The notes under the pieces are model-generated. The model saw nothing but the letters and a program-made list of their open reading frames with translations. It searched no databases and was not told where the DNA came from. This document shows, piece by piece, positions 9,166 through 19,233 of a stretch of DNA of 64,000 nt (positions are counted from its first letter, which is position 1; each line of letters opens with the position of its first letter). The stretch is from a virus: IMG/VR virus record IMGVR_UViG_3300003323_000257, positions 69,923 through 133,922 of that record. One strand, given 5' to 3'. Position numbers and translations under genes: made by a program.

Positions 9166-10239
9166 ATGGACCAACCAACAGAACAATTCGTACCCTTCCC
9201 AGCCGAAAAACGTCAGCAACTGGAATCCAAAGTAAAGCCTGGAACTATTCACAATCCGCATCACCCGAACAACCGCCAGCCAGCTCAAAACATTCAGATG
9301 GCTGGTGGACCTCGTGTAATTCAAGGTAATCCGCCCGGTGTAGCTGCATATCGTGAATCTGCTAATGCAGGACCGATACCGGGTACACTTGCCTACAATA
9401 GGCAGCCGATACCTATGGCTGCTCCTATTCCTGAGCCACAACCTTATGTTCATGTAACTCCGAACTCTGAGGATGAGGCAGTTTCGTTTGAGCTGCCTTC
9501 CAATTTCCTGTTCTATGATTTCAAAGACTTGTATATCAAACCGTTTAAAGGACGTCAGTTCTCCAAACTGCACCGTGCGCGTGAGGAAGAGTCCTTGCTT
9601 CATGTGGTAGAAGCGGTAAGTGCTGTCATTAGCACTGCTACTATCAAGGAAGGCCTAGGCTTCTGGCTTACACTTCCAGACTTCTATGCTTGTTTGTATT
9701 GGCTGAGGATGCACTCGTTCCTTAAGCACGGATTCACACATCAGACTATTTGCAGGTCTAAGAAGCACCACGAGTGGGTAGAGAAAGGTCGCCTGGCTGA
9801 GAATGGTGAGACTCGTATTCCTGTGGCTGCAGATACGCTTAAGCACGCAGAGATCATCAATAAGGCTTCGTTGAAGACCAGAAATCTTACAGAGCTTCCG
9901 AATCTTGAAGATTTCCAACTTTCCTATCCAGGACTGAAGTTGGTGCCGGTACTGATGCGCGATGTTCTGGAAATCACCATGAACGAATCTACTGATCGAT
10001 TTGCTGCGCGTACAGCTTCGTCATTCCAGTTTGAGGATCGTTTTGCTACCCTTCAAGAGCGTATGGCAATTGTCGATGATCTTTCAGGTGATGACATCGC
10101 TACTATTGCCGCCTGGGAGAAGGCTTGTTCCAATTACGGCGTAGAGGAATCCATCAAATGGACTTGCAAAACATGCGGTCACATTCATACCGATGAACTC
10201 CAGATAGAGGCCCACAGTTTTTTCCCATCGGCAGCATGA
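9166..10239 (+). CDS. Tail/baseplate-hub assembly chaperone (T4 gp26/gp51-like)
   Basis: C-terminal WTCKTCGHIH zinc knuckle followed by HSFF; Pro-rich N-terminus; upstream of tape-measure-like genes. Confidence 0.6.
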   Translation: MDQPTEQFVPFPAEKRQQLESKVKPGTIHNPHHPNNRQPAQNIQMAGGPRVIQGNPPGVAAYRESANAGPIPGTLAYNRQPIPMAAPIPEPQPYVHVTPNSEDEAVSFELPSNFLFYDFKDLYIKPFKGRQFSKLHRAREEESLLHVVEAVSAVISTATIKEGLGFWLTLPDFYACLYWLRMHSFLKHGFTHQTICRSKKHHEWVEKGRLAENGETRIPVAADTLKHAEIINKASLKTRNLTELPNLEDFQLSYPGLKLVPVLMRDVLEITMNESTDRFAARTASSFQFEDRFATLQERMAIVDDLSGDDIATIAAWEKACSNYGVEESIKWTCKTCGHIHTDELQIEAHSFFPSAA

Positions 10240-10400
10240 AGTCCTATCTTGAACTACATGGATTGATTGCTGCGGAGTATCACATAACACTGCCTGATAC
10301 CACGCCGTTGTATCAGATTCAGTATATGGCATCTCTGGCTGAGAATCGACGTAATGACAGATTAAAAGCCGCGCAAGAGGGGAAAGTGTGGGTTGGATAA
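10236..10400 (+). CDS. 54-aa ORF in the -1 frame of the chaperone (not in the ORF track)
   Basis: ATGA overlap; MKSYLELHGLIAAEYHITLPDTTPLYQIQYMASLAENRRNDRLKAAQEGKVWVG; fills the gap before 10412. Confidence 0.6.
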   Translation: MKSYLELHGLIAAEYHITLPDTTPLYQIQYMASLAENRRNDRLKAAQEGKVWVG

Positions 10401-10411
10401 AAGGATAAGTA

Positions 10412-12010
10412 ATGACACTCAACACACGAAACCAGTCCAAATGGGATAGTTTGCAGGACCAAGGCCAGCATACGATAGACAAGGTGCTGGCCGGTAAGGC
10501 TACTGAAGCTGATCTGTCCCAACTGTCTAAATTGCTCACCGAACAGCACGAATTGGCAGGTAAGATTTTTGACCAAGGAGTGGAAGACGCTAAGCTTACG
10601 GCAGATACCATAGTCGATAAGTTGAACAAGGAGCGTATCGAGTCTGGTAAGAGATCATTAACTCAGAAGGCTTTCAATCGGATTTTCCAGACGACCTTCC
10701 AACAAGTCATGAGTCAGGCCATAGAGGATATTCTAGGTCAGGTGCATGATGAGTTTGAATCTCAGTCTGAGGAAATCAAGACCAAAATCGATAAAGCCCT
10801 AGAAGGTATCAGAGGCTTTCATGCGCCTACTGAAGCACCGCGAACTCCAACGGATCGTCTTCTAGGTAAGAAACCTGAAAAGGAAGCGCATCTAGCTGAA
10901 ACCGCGCCTTCTGAGAAGTCCTTGATGGATCGTGTTTTGAGTCGCCAGGACAAGGCAGATCAACAGCGTACCGAAGTCATGCAAATGATACGTGACACTG
11001 CGGCGTCTGTGAAGGATAAGGTTACCAGTTTGTACGACCGATTCACCAAGCGTAACGAAGATGACGAAGAGGAGAAGAAGGCGTCTATTTGGATGCGTAA
11101 GCTCCGTAGCATTTTTCAGCCATTTAAATCAGCATGGTCAAAGGGTAAAGCAGCCAAGAATAAGGTTCAAAGTCTTTTGGAGATGATAGGTAAGCCTTTG
11201 CTCTTGGCTGTTATGAACCCTGCCTTGATAAAAAGCATTACCGATGAGGTGTCACAGTATTTGAACTTTGATACCATTTCCAAGTTTATGTCCGATATGT
11301 GGGATGACGCAAAGAAGGTAGGTTCAGATTCCATAGATTGGATTATTGACAAGGTAAAGACATTCTTTGGATTCGGTAAAAAGGAAAAGCCGAACGTAAA
11401 GCCTAAGGTTGACACGATTGCACAAGCGGCAGCAGGTACAACTCAAACGCTTCCTTCCTCTATAACACCGGCGCAGGCGGCATCAGAAATACCTAAAGCT
11501 CAAAATGGGCTAGAACAGGCGCAAAAGACGTTGGCGGATGCACAGGCTCGGTACAAGGCACAGCCTACACCTGCCAATAAGAAGGCAGTCGACTCTGCTC
11601 AGATGACGCTGAACTATTGGCAAAATCGCGTTACGATGTACACGCAGCGCGCTAGTCAGTCCAAGCTGGCTGGTCAGAGTGTGGACCAAGCACAGATCAT
11701 TGTAACTCCGACGCAGCCGATAGCAGGTCCTGCTTCTACTGAAGTTGCTGCATCACAAACTACAGTAACCCAAGGTGCTCCAGCTGCTGTACTGAATCAA
11801 TCTTCAGTTGCAGCACCACGTACCGAGGTTATTATGGACATGCCAAAAATGACACCAGGTAAAGCTTTTGTTCCACCAGAAGCTGCCGCAGAGGAGAAGG
11901 CTCAAGCAGATCAGAAGAATGCTGCAATCTCTCAGATCGGTATAGGGTCCTTTGGCTTCGACTCAGGTGACGCGGCTCTTAATATCCTGAACTTAGGCAT
12001 GTTAACTTAA
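10412..12010 (+). CDS. Tape-measure-like / baseplate hub helical protein
   Basis: 532-aa Ala/Gln/Lys-rich helical protein after the chaperone pair. Confidence 0.5.
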   Translation: MTLNTRNQSKWDSLQDQGQHTIDKVLAGKATEADLSQLSKLLTEQHELAGKIFDQGVEDAKLTADTIVDKLNKERIESGKRSLTQKAFNRIFQTTFQQVMSQAIEDILGQVHDEFESQSEEIKTKIDKALEGIRGFHAPTEAPRTPTDRLLGKKPEKEAHLAETAPSEKSLMDRVLSRQDKADQQRTEVMQMIRDTAASVKDKVTSLYDRFTKRNEDDEEEKKASIWMRKLRSIFQPFKSAWSKGKAAKNKVQSLLEMIGKPLLLAVMNPALIKSITDEVSQYLNFDTISKFMSDMWDDAKKVGSDSIDWIIDKVKTFFGFGKKEKPNVKPKVDTIAQAAAGTTQTLPSSITPAQAASEIPKAQNGLEQAQKTLADAQARYKAQPTPANKKAVDSAQMTLNYWQNRVTMYTQRASQSKLAGQSVDQAQIIVTPTQPIAGPASTEVAASQTTVTQGAPAAVLNQSSVAAPRTEVIMDMPKMTPGKAFVPPEAAAEEKAQADQKNAAISQIGIGSFGFDSGDAALNILNLGMLT

Positions 12011-12018
12011 ACCTAGGA

Positions 12019-13491
12019 ATGGAAATGAACTATACGCTTGATAGATTTCCTGCTAAAGAAGACGTTCCTGTTTTGGAAGCTTTCGAAGGTCTCAAGACCT
12101 TATCAGTTATGGCAGGTAACTTGGAACGTCTTCTTGAAAACTTAGGAACGCGCAGGCGTGATCGCAAACAAGCAGCAAAAGCCATGCAGGCAGTCATTAA
12201 GATGGCAGAGAAGGTGGAAGCGTCCACCACAGAAGAAAGCAGCACCGATTTACTTGGCAGCCTTCTCGGCAAGGTTTTAAAGTTCATCGGAAAGAAGATC
12301 ATTAAGGCTATCGTTCGACCTATTCTTCGCTTCGCAGCAGAGACTGCAATGAATATGGTACGAATAGCTGCGCGAACTGTTATGCGGTTTGTGTTGGTCC
12401 CAATATTTGAGGCCGTAGTTGGATTTGCTGTGGCCAACCCCGTTACAGCTGCAATTCTTGGTGTAGGTGCATTAGCTGCTGGTGGATATGCACTGTACAA
12501 AAAGTATTTTGCTGCGCCTGAGGTAGAGGAAGTCGAGGTTACTCCAACTGCTGCTGTAGTTGAAGGTGCTCCTGCGGAGACCCTACCAGAACAGCCCCAA
12601 GCTAAAACTCCTGAGAACAAAGTAGAAGAGGTTGTTTCCAAGGTAAGGGAGAGTGAACCTATAAAAGCAGTGGAGAGGTTTATTTCTCAACCAAAGATTT
12701 ACAAGGAGAAGCCTCGAACTGGTAAATTCAAGGGCTTTGGTAGTGACGTGGATCAATACATCAGAGAGGCCTCTGCTCGTTATCCTATATTACCTATTGA
12801 TGTTTTGCGGGGCTTTGTGAAGATGGAAGCCGGCTGGACTGGCGCGATGTCTCCTACTGGTGCTATCGGCACAGGACAGTTCACTGCAGGTCCTTGGAAT
12901 GCGCTGATTAGTCAAGGCGGTTCTGAAATAGGTATGACACCTATTACTGGTATATATGGAGAGGAAAAGGATAAACACGGTAAGCCAATTAGGCCACACG
13001 TGCAGCCTAATCCTAAAGGTAACTTTAGAACCGAGAACGATCCACGTTTTGATAAACGCATCAACACGTTGGCTACTGCATTACTAGCCTCAAAGAATGC
13101 TGAAATGTTGAAGCGGGCAGGTCTACCTGTAACTGGAGCTAATCTGTATATGATGCACAATATTGGACCTGGCATTATACCTGTAATGAAAGGAGCGCCT
13201 GCTTCTGCGGCTACATTGAAAGCAATGAGGCAGAACGGTATGGTGTCCGACATGACTGATAGAGAGTTCCTGGAGTTTCAGAAGAAACGGTTCGAGAGCG
13301 CCTACCAAGAATCTAACACTTCGACGGAGCTGGTATCGGACCAACCTAGAATGGCTGCAGCTCTGACCACTGAGCCTAAACCCCGAACTCCTACTAAGGC
13401 AGGCCCTACTGCGACTCCAGGCCCCTTGGCACAGACTAACTCTACATCGAACCTAATTAAAGGTGTAGGGAATTCCATAGTGAGAATCTAA
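12019..13491 (+). CDS. Tail-associated lytic transglycosylase-domain protein
   Basis: Lysozyme-fold motifs VLRGFVKMEAG (catalytic Glu) and GTGQFTAGPW; hydrophobic tape-measure-like N-terminal half. Confidence 0.65.
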   Translation: MEMNYTLDRFPAKEDVPVLEAFEGLKTLSVMAGNLERLLENLGTRRRDRKQAAKAMQAVIKMAEKVEASTTEESSTDLLGSLLGKVLKFIGKKIIKAIVRPILRFAAETAMNMVRIAARTVMRFVLVPIFEAVVGFAVANPVTAAILGVGALAAGGYALYKKYFAAPEVEEVEVTPTAAVVEGAPAETLPEQPQAKTPENKVEEVVSKVRESEPIKAVERFISQPKIYKEKPRTGKFKGFGSDVDQYIREASARYPILPIDVLRGFVKMEAGWTGAMSPTGAIGTGQFTAGPWNALISQGGSEIGMTPITGIYGEEKDKHGKPIRPHVQPNPKGNFRTENDPRFDKRINTLATALLASKNAEMLKRAGLPVTGANLYMMHNIGPGIIPVMKGAPASAATLKAMRQNGMVSDMTDREFLEFQKKRFESAYQESNTSTELVSDQPRMAAALTTEPKPRTPTKAGPTATPGPLAQTNSTSNLIKGVGNSIVRI

Positions 13492-14313
13492 ATGCGCCTG
13501 AACAATCCAGATTATTTGGTGATAATCAAACAAGTGGCAGACCCGGCTAATCCTGCAGCAGGTGGGGCTACTGTAATAGCCCCGCTGCCTGAGTCGTTTG
13601 CCTATGACACCTCCAGTAATTACGAGGCCCCATTTGCTCAAGGTATGTTAGGTGGAGGCACTGCGGCGACTACGTTAGCAGCCTACGGCATTCGATTGAC
13701 CACCCAGGCGATGACTGCTCAGCTTTGGCAAGGTTCAAATGACAGCAATCTTACTCTTGATCTTGAGTTTCAAACTTTCGACGATCCAGACAAAGACGTA
13801 AGGACTCCAGTACTGACATTAAAAAAGATGGCGGCTCCTTCAATCAATGCAGCAGGACTACTTCAAAGCCCAGGGCCGCGTATTAGCTTAGAGGATACCG
13901 GTAAGCTTATATCGTCTTCTGGAAGCACAGTATTCAATGAGGCCAAACAGGTCGCTAACAGTATAGCTTCGACTGTAGGTATTCCAGGTCGCTTGGACGT
14001 AAGCAAATCACTGACTGGTCAAAACGACAATCTAAACTCCAATCAGAAGGCTAACGCTCCTCCGCAAGTGGAGAATGGGTTAGGAGGTGCGCAGTTCTGG
14101 AAGAACGTAATTCGTAACCAGATTAGCATTCAAATCGGCAGCTACGCCTTCTTTGATTCTGTGGTGATATTCAACGCGCAGGAGACTTGGAGCAATCAGA
14201 TTGACGCACGTACTGGATTACCTTTGCATGCAAAGGTTACCATAAACTTTAAGCCTTTATTCTTGGTCACTCAACAAGACCTTGATAACATTTTCAAACG
14301 GAGACCTCGATGA
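13492..14313 (+). CDS. Baseplate/tube-junction protein
   Basis: Position; PESFAYD..., LDLEF and PLHAKVTINF pattern of gp48-like proteins. Confidence 0.5.
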   Translation: MRLNNPDYLVIIKQVADPANPAAGGATVIAPLPESFAYDTSSNYEAPFAQGMLGGGTAATTLAAYGIRLTTQAMTAQLWQGSNDSNLTLDLEFQTFDDPDKDVRTPVLTLKKMAAPSINAAGLLQSPGPRISLEDTGKLISSSGSTVFNEAKQVANSIASTVGIPGRLDVSKSLTGQNDNLNSNQKANAPPQVENGLGGAQFWKNVIRNQISIQIGSYAFFDSVVIFNAQETWSNQIDARTGLPLHAKVTINFKPLFLVTQQDLDNIFKRRPR

Positions 14314-14645
14314 GTCAAGATTTCGACTATTCAAAGTTTACTCCTCTTGATAATACACTCCAACAGTACAACATATTCCGTTCGGCCTACAAGAATATAC
14401 GATTTGCGCTTCCTGTAAATGAAACCATTACAGTTAAGGAGCACGACATAGGAAATCTTGCAGGACTGGCGTTCAAGTCCTATGGAGACGTGAGTATGTG
14501 GCGTGTAATTCAAGAGTACAACGGAATCCAGGACCCTATTCAGGATATGTGGGCAGGGCAGATTCTCAAACTACCTTTAAAGTCTGCAGTCATTCAGTAT
14601 ATGAACGATCAACTGCACTCCAAATCACAGACCTTCATTATCTAG
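14310..14645 (+). CDS. LysM-like baseplate wedge protein (T4 gp53 / P2 gpX-like)
   Basis: LAGLAFKSYGDVSMWRVIQEYNGIQDP...GQILKLP. Confidence 0.72.
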   Translation: MSQDFDYSKFTPLDNTLQQYNIFRSAYKNIRFALPVNETITVKEHDIGNLAGLAFKSYGDVSMWRVIQEYNGIQDPIQDMWAGQILKLPLKSAVIQYMNDQLHSKSQTFII

Positions 14646-14653
14646 GTTACGCT

Positions 14654-15781
14654 ATGAGCTATTTGGTTAATGATCGCCTTGAGGTATCAGTCTATGTTGC
14701 GGACATCGAGTACCCCTTACAGGCGATCAATCTGTTGAACTGGCTTCATATAGCCACTACAGTGCGAATTGGCTTACCTACTTTGGGTATGCAGATCAAG
14801 GATGTTCAGCACGTCTTCGATAAAATAGGTCTTCTGGATGGTACCCCTATTCGAGTGGTCATTAAAGCCTTAGGCAAGGACAGCAAGACCTACGTCTTTA
14901 GAAAGTTTAATCACAAGCGTGTGCTAACAGGTGACGCTTATACGTGGACTATCTTTGGTTACTGGGATGCCCCGCTCTATTGGGCTGCCTCCTCTGTCGA
15001 GGCTCTTGAAGGTACTGCTGATAACGTACTCCAGCAAATCGCGTCCACCTGTGGCTTAAAGTACGATGGTACTCCTACCAATGATAGCCAGATATGGGTC
15101 CCGCGCAACCGTACCTATAGAGCATGGGCAAAAGACATAGCAGACCATGCTTGGGTTAACGACACTTCCTGCATGATTCTAGGTATTGACCTTGACGGCA
15201 CCTTACGCTTCAAGGACGTGAATAACCTACCAGACGCGCAAATCAAAATCATCGGCTATACCTACGCTTCGGACGCGCTTACGGCCACCGATCTCGAGGT
15301 TAACGCAGCCTCCGGCTTGAACAACGTGCTTTCTGGCTACCAAAACATGAGGGTATCTCAATCGCAGATTACTGACGACACACACACCGTCATAAAGGAT
15401 TTGGCGTTCACTCCTGACGTAAAAACCCCTCACTATAATGACGCTTTGAAACAAACATTGAATCGCGGGGCAGTTCGATTCTCTCCAATTGACGCAGGTA
15501 ACGTTCATGATAATTATGAAAAAGCCTCTTACCAAAATTTGCGATATCGTAACCTGCTTAGCTTCGGTCTGGATGCTCTTATGGTGGATGCCACTGATGT
15601 TCCGTTAATTGCGCGTGTTAATCTAGGGCTCCAAGTAGAAGGCTCTGCGCAGGACACATCAAACTCAGGTAATTACACCACTACCGGACATGCAATCTAC
15701 GTCCAAGGGGCTAATTATTCGGAGAAAATAGGCATGTGCCGACACGGCACCAACGAGATTGCCAACGGTACACAGAACTAG
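14654..15781 (+). CDS. Baseplate hub protein (gp27/gpD-like)
   Basis: Between the LysM gene and the spike; start reassigned to ATG 14654. Confidence 0.55.
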   Translation: MSYLVNDRLEVSVYVADIEYPLQAINLLNWLHIATTVRIGLPTLGMQIKDVQHVFDKIGLLDGTPIRVVIKALGKDSKTYVFRKFNHKRVLTGDAYTWTIFGYWDAPLYWAASSVEALEGTADNVLQQIASTCGLKYDGTPTNDSQIWVPRNRTYRAWAKDIADHAWVNDTSCMILGIDLDGTLRFKDVNNLPDAQIKIIGYTYASDALTATDLEVNAASGLNNVLSGYQNMRVSQSQITDDTHTVIKDLAFTPDVKTPHYNDALKQTLNRGAVRFSPIDAGNVHDNYEKASYQNLRYRNLLSFGLDALMVDATDVPLIARVNLGLQVEGSAQDTSNSGNYTTTGHAIYVQGANYSEKIGMCRHGTNEIANGTQN

Positions 15782-15790
15782 GAGTAGTCC

Positions 15791-16477
15791 ATGTCAATGA
15801 ATTCAGTTAATGATCGTCTTGAAGAGGCAATCGAGGACGCCAAATACGAAGGCTACGTGGTGGGATTCGTTACAGAAAATAACGATCCAAAGGGCGTAGC
15901 ACGAGTCAAGGTGAAAATCCCGCAGGTACTTGATACTGACCAGGGTCCTGTACCCTGGTGCTTGCCTTCTAAGAAGTCTCCTTTTGGCCAAGGGATGGGC
16001 TACGGAGTATATGGTTCACCAAAGATCGGAAGTCCTGTTCGGATTACCTTTCAAAATGGAGATCCTCATTATCCAGTTTATGAGTGTGATGAGTATTTGG
16101 CAACGCACGCTAATCCAAAGTTCCAAGATCCTAACACCTGGGGATATAAAGATCCTGGCGGATCGGAATTGTTCGTCAACATGACAACTGGAGCATGGGA
16201 ATGGACTCACCAAACCGGATCATTATTCAAATACGATGGACAAGGTAATCTGACCGTCCATAACGTTAAGAACGAAACTACTCAGGTTGATGGTAACTCT
16301 CAGAAAACCATCAACGGAACTCTGAATTTCACTGTAATAGGAAATGCTACTTTTGATGTTCAAGGTTCTTTGCAGGCCACTGTAGGCGGCGGAGCCACCA
16401 TGAACGTTACAGGCGACACCAATCTGACTTCGAGTGGTGCCGTGAATATATCCGGCTCTACCATCAACCTGAACTGA
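15791..16477 (+). CDS. Baseplate central spike (gp5/gpV OB-fold plus beta-helix)
   Basis: VTENNDPKGVARVKVKIP...PKIGSPVRITFQNGDPHYPVY and C-terminal V-x-G beta-helix repeats ending GSTINLN. Confidence 0.87.
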   Translation: MSMNSVNDRLEEAIEDAKYEGYVVGFVTENNDPKGVARVKVKIPQVLDTDQGPVPWCLPSKKSPFGQGMGYGVYGSPKIGSPVRITFQNGDPHYPVYECDEYLATHANPKFQDPNTWGYKDPGGSELFVNMTTGAWEWTHQTGSLFKYDGQGNLTVHNVKNETTQVDGNSQKTINGTLNFTVIGNATFDVQGSLQATVGGGATMNVTGDTNLTSSGAVNISGSTINLN

Positions 16478-16485
16478 GGCCTTTA

Positions 16486-16743
16486 ATGTCAGCTGTATCT
16501 AGATTAGGTGACTCGTCAACACACGGTGGCTCCATAATTTCAGCATCCACAAATAAGAAGGCAAACAGTAAAGGCATTGCTAGACAAGGAGATCAGTTTC
16601 AATGTCCTACGCACGGTCTTCAAACACTGAATGCTATAACCACTAAGACCTTTGTAGATGGTAGGTTAGTAATAACTGTAGGGGCTCATGTTACCTGCGG
16701 TGCTACCATCACTCAAGGCAGCCCAAACGTAAATGCGGAGTAA
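16486..16743 (+). CDS. PAAR spike-tip protein
   Basis: SRLGDSSTHGG...IARQGDQFQCPTHG...CGATITQGSPNVNAE. Confidence 0.9.
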   Translation: MSAVSRLGDSSTHGGSIISASTNKKANSKGIARQGDQFQCPTHGLQTLNAITTKTFVDGRLVITVGAHVTCGATITQGSPNVNAE

Positions 16744-16746
16744 ACA

Positions 16747-17160
16747 ATGGCGACCGCCTACCAGCTGAGTCTTGCCGATGCTTCGTGGATCGATGTCAAT
16801 ACCGATTTCACGTTAAACAATCTGCCTGACCGAATACCAGACGATCTGTCAATCGTCTATGCCTCTTTGATCAATCTATTCAGGTGTCCAATAGGAGCAA
16901 GGGGAAAAATCTTCCAACCAGAATACGGATCAGAGTGGTATCAATTCCTGCAAGAACCTATAGATCAAGTCACAGCGGCCAAGATGCAAATCGCAATGAT
17001 ACAGGCTATTGCCCGATGGGAACCTCGGATCCAACTTGACTACTCAAAAACCTCAATCACGGCAAACACCTTGATACCGGGCTACGAGGTCCGCATTGTA
17101 GGTGTAGATACATTAACCAAAGGCGTCATTGCGCTTTCATTCCAAGAACAGGCAGGCTAA
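16747..17160 (+). CDS. gp25-like baseplate wedge / sheath initiator
   Basis: GARGKIFQPEYGS...AIARWEPRI. Confidence 0.88.
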   Translation: MATAYQLSLADASWIDVNTDFTLNNLPDRIPDDLSIVYASLINLFRCPIGARGKIFQPEYGSEWYQFLQEPIDQVTAAKMQIAMIQAIARWEPRIQLDYSKTSITANTLIPGYEVRIVGVDTLTKGVIALSFQEQAG

Positions 17161-17161
17161 G

Positions 17162-18919
17162 ATGGCTCAAGACCTCGTAATTCCGGATACCGCTACCGAT
17201 TTCACCGATTTTGTCAACACGTTCCAAGACTATTTGTCCACAAAAGACGTTTGGCGCGGCACACTGACTACGATGACCTCGCAGACCTTGATTGAGCTTG
17301 TGGCTGCGGTAGGTACTTTCATGGAAGCTCGCAATATCCGCGTTGCTGAAGATGCTTTTGCAGAGACCGCTCAATCGGATGATTCTATCCGATCGATCAC
17401 TCAAATGCAAGGTCTACGTATGACCCGCAAACTGCCTGCGGGTCTGGAAGTTACAATGACTTCTACAATTACGCAGACTATCAATCCGATGACACAGTTC
17501 CTGTGTGCAGGTCAGTACTACTTCAACAGGGAGCAGTTATTCTTCCAAGCCGGTGTGGCTCAAAGTATTACATTGTTCCAAGGGCAGGTGTTTGCCTTTG
17601 CAATGAATGGCTTAGGTAGCCCCCGTCAAACCTTCCTGTCAGACGAGGATGCCTTCGCAGTGTCTGACCAAGACGTGAGGGTATACATCAATAGCACTCT
17701 GATTCCAAAAACATTCGGTACTCTCTGGAATTACAGAGACCTGCCGGCGTACGGTGATCTCACAACCTCAGATGGTCGTCTATTGATCGTGTTTGGCTCC
17801 GAACAATTTGGCTATACTCCATTAGTGGCCGATACAGTAGTGATTCAATACGCCATAACACAAGGTGCTGATGGCTCCAATCAAACACTACAAGGTAAGC
17901 CTGTAACAGTCGACGGCCATCCTGAAATCACAGGGAACGCTACAGCGAATCCTACGGGTGGTGGTGATGAACAGCCGGTGCAGACTTATAAGAACCTGAG
18001 TTCTGGTGCATTTGGTACATACTCTTCGGCTGTGACCAAATCGCAATATCTGGCAACCATCGGTACATATCCAGGTGTAATCGATTCGGTGACTCAAGCA
18101 CAACGCGACATCAACCCAATGGCTTTGGAATGGATGAATGTCATTCGTATTTCTGCACTGACTACCACCCAATGGACGCAGCAACAGCAGCAGGACTACA
18201 TAAAATACCTGCAGACTGTAACGATGTATGCACCTCGATTCGTATGGCAGGATCCTGTTCCAGTGCTTCAAACAATCGAGGTCACGGTCTATTGCTTTAA
18301 CACTGCTATTCTCTCCAAGGTGCAGGCAGACTGTGAGGCCAAAATTGAGCAATTGTTTGCTCCGCGCAGTGGCTTGTTGATGACCAACTTCTATAACTAC
18401 GATTTGGAGAACGCTTGTCGTATTGCAGGAGCTGGTGCTGTTTCGTACGTAAAGGTTACCAAACCTGTCGATCCAATGATTGTGACTGCCCCTCCTAGCC
18501 CTTCTGTTGAATACGAAATCATCACGGGTGCAGGTACACTTACCCCTCTGGTGTATGCGTATGGTATATCTGCTGTTAATGCTGATGGAGAAGAAGGCCC
18601 GCCGGCTAACTGGGTGTTCCCGCAAATCACCAAAGTGATGGGTAACTCAAACTCAGTTAAGCTAACGTGGCTCCCTTTAGAAATTGCAGTGTCCTACAAG
18701 GTATATGGACGTAAGGCAGGTTCTGTTGGATTGCTGGCCACCATACCAGCTACGAATCCTCTAACTTTCACAGACGATGGCAGCATTACTCCTGGTGTCG
18801 CCCCTCCAGGAACAGCCAATGTACCAATTCGCTACAACAAGATCCAGCAGTTGACCGTCAACGTGGTGTTTGCAGAACGTCAGCAGCGCATTCAAGACAC
18901 TCCAACTAGGCTAGCATAA
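17162..18919 (+). CDS. Baseplate wedge protein (T4 gp6 / P2 gpJ-like)
   Basis: EDAFAETAQ, QYAITQGADG, GGGDEQ...AVTKSQY motifs; start reassigned to ATG 17162; FnIII-like C-terminal extension. Confidence 0.85.
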   Translation: MAQDLVIPDTATDFTDFVNTFQDYLSTKDVWRGTLTTMTSQTLIELVAAVGTFMEARNIRVAEDAFAETAQSDDSIRSITQMQGLRMTRKLPAGLEVTMTSTITQTINPMTQFLCAGQYYFNREQLFFQAGVAQSITLFQGQVFAFAMNGLGSPRQTFLSDEDAFAVSDQDVRVYINSTLIPKTFGTLWNYRDLPAYGDLTTSDGRLLIVFGSEQFGYTPLVADTVVIQYAITQGADGSNQTLQGKPVTVDGHPEITGNATANPTGGGDEQPVQTYKNLSSGAFGTYSSAVTKSQYLATIGTYPGVIDSVTQAQRDINPMALEWMNVIRISALTTTQWTQQQQQDYIKYLQTVTMYAPRFVWQDPVPVLQTIEVTVYCFNTAILSKVQADCEAKIEQLFAPRSGLLMTNFYNYDLENACRIAGAGAVSYVKVTKPVDPMIVTAPPSPSVEYEIITGAGTLTPLVYAYGISAVNADGEEGPPANWVFPQITKVMGNSNSVKLTWLPLEIAVSYKVYGRKAGSVGLLATIPATNPLTFTDDGSITPGVAPPGTANVPIRYNKIQQLTVNVVFAERQQRIQDTPTRLA

Positions 18920-18920
18920 T

Positions 18921-19118
18921 ATGGTCTATATGTACAAGCATGGCAATCGTTACTTCGTTGCCGAAGGCTCTTCACTGGAAGAGGCTGTAATCAAGTTCTT
19001 TAACATGATTCTCAGTACTCCTAGTTCTAAAACGTTTGAAGTTGGAGGTATAACAGTGACTGAATGTCCTGAACGAATGGTCTCAACACCTGAACTACGA
19101 GAGGTCATGTATAGGTGA
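18921..19118 (+). CDS. Small hypothetical protein in the homing-endonuclease cassette
   Basis: 65 aa, TAA-T-ATG coupled to the gp6-like gene. Confidence 0.5.
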   Translation: MVYMYKHGNRYFVAEGSSLEEAVIKFFNMILSTPSSKTFEVGGITVTECPERMVSTPELREVMYR

Positions 19119-19127
19119 TAACTCCGA

Positions 19128-19137
19128 CAATTTAATG
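19128..19137 (+). promoter_or_regulatory. Class-1 motif CAATTTAATG
   Basis: Upstream of element B and the GIY-YIG gene. Confidence 0.6.
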
Positions 19138-19229
19138 ACTGAACGCGTGAGGGAAAAGGCCGGCCAGCCCTGCGATGCCGCAATCATCGCTACCTCTCGT
19201 GGTTCAGTCACCTAACTATTGCGGAGTTA
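19136..19229 (+). ncRNA. Candidate structured RNA element B (multi-way junction with kissing loop) in front of the GIY-YIG gene
   Basis: P1 TGACTGAAC/GTTCAGTCA, GCGTGAGG/CCTCTCGT, GGC/GCC, GCGATG/CATCGC, TAACT/AGTTA; loop CCGCAAT exactly complementary to loop ATTGCGG. Confidence 0.65.
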
Positions 19230-19233
19230 TCAG

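Noticed and set aside
3030-15433. CCCTCAC as a genome-wide DNA-binding site
   Set aside because: Also occurs inside coding regions (about 3030 and 15427); a 7-mer is expected several times by chance in 64 kb.
7995-19229. Elements A and B as known self-cleaving ribozymes (hammerhead, twister, pistol, HDV/theta)
   Set aside because: Fragments such as GTGAGGG, AGCCCT, GGCCGGC and CTGA recall those families, but the full cores (CUGAnGA plus GAAA, twister L1/L4, pistol AAAUA linker, HDV nested pseudoknot) could not be assembled by eye. A covariance-model search is still needed.
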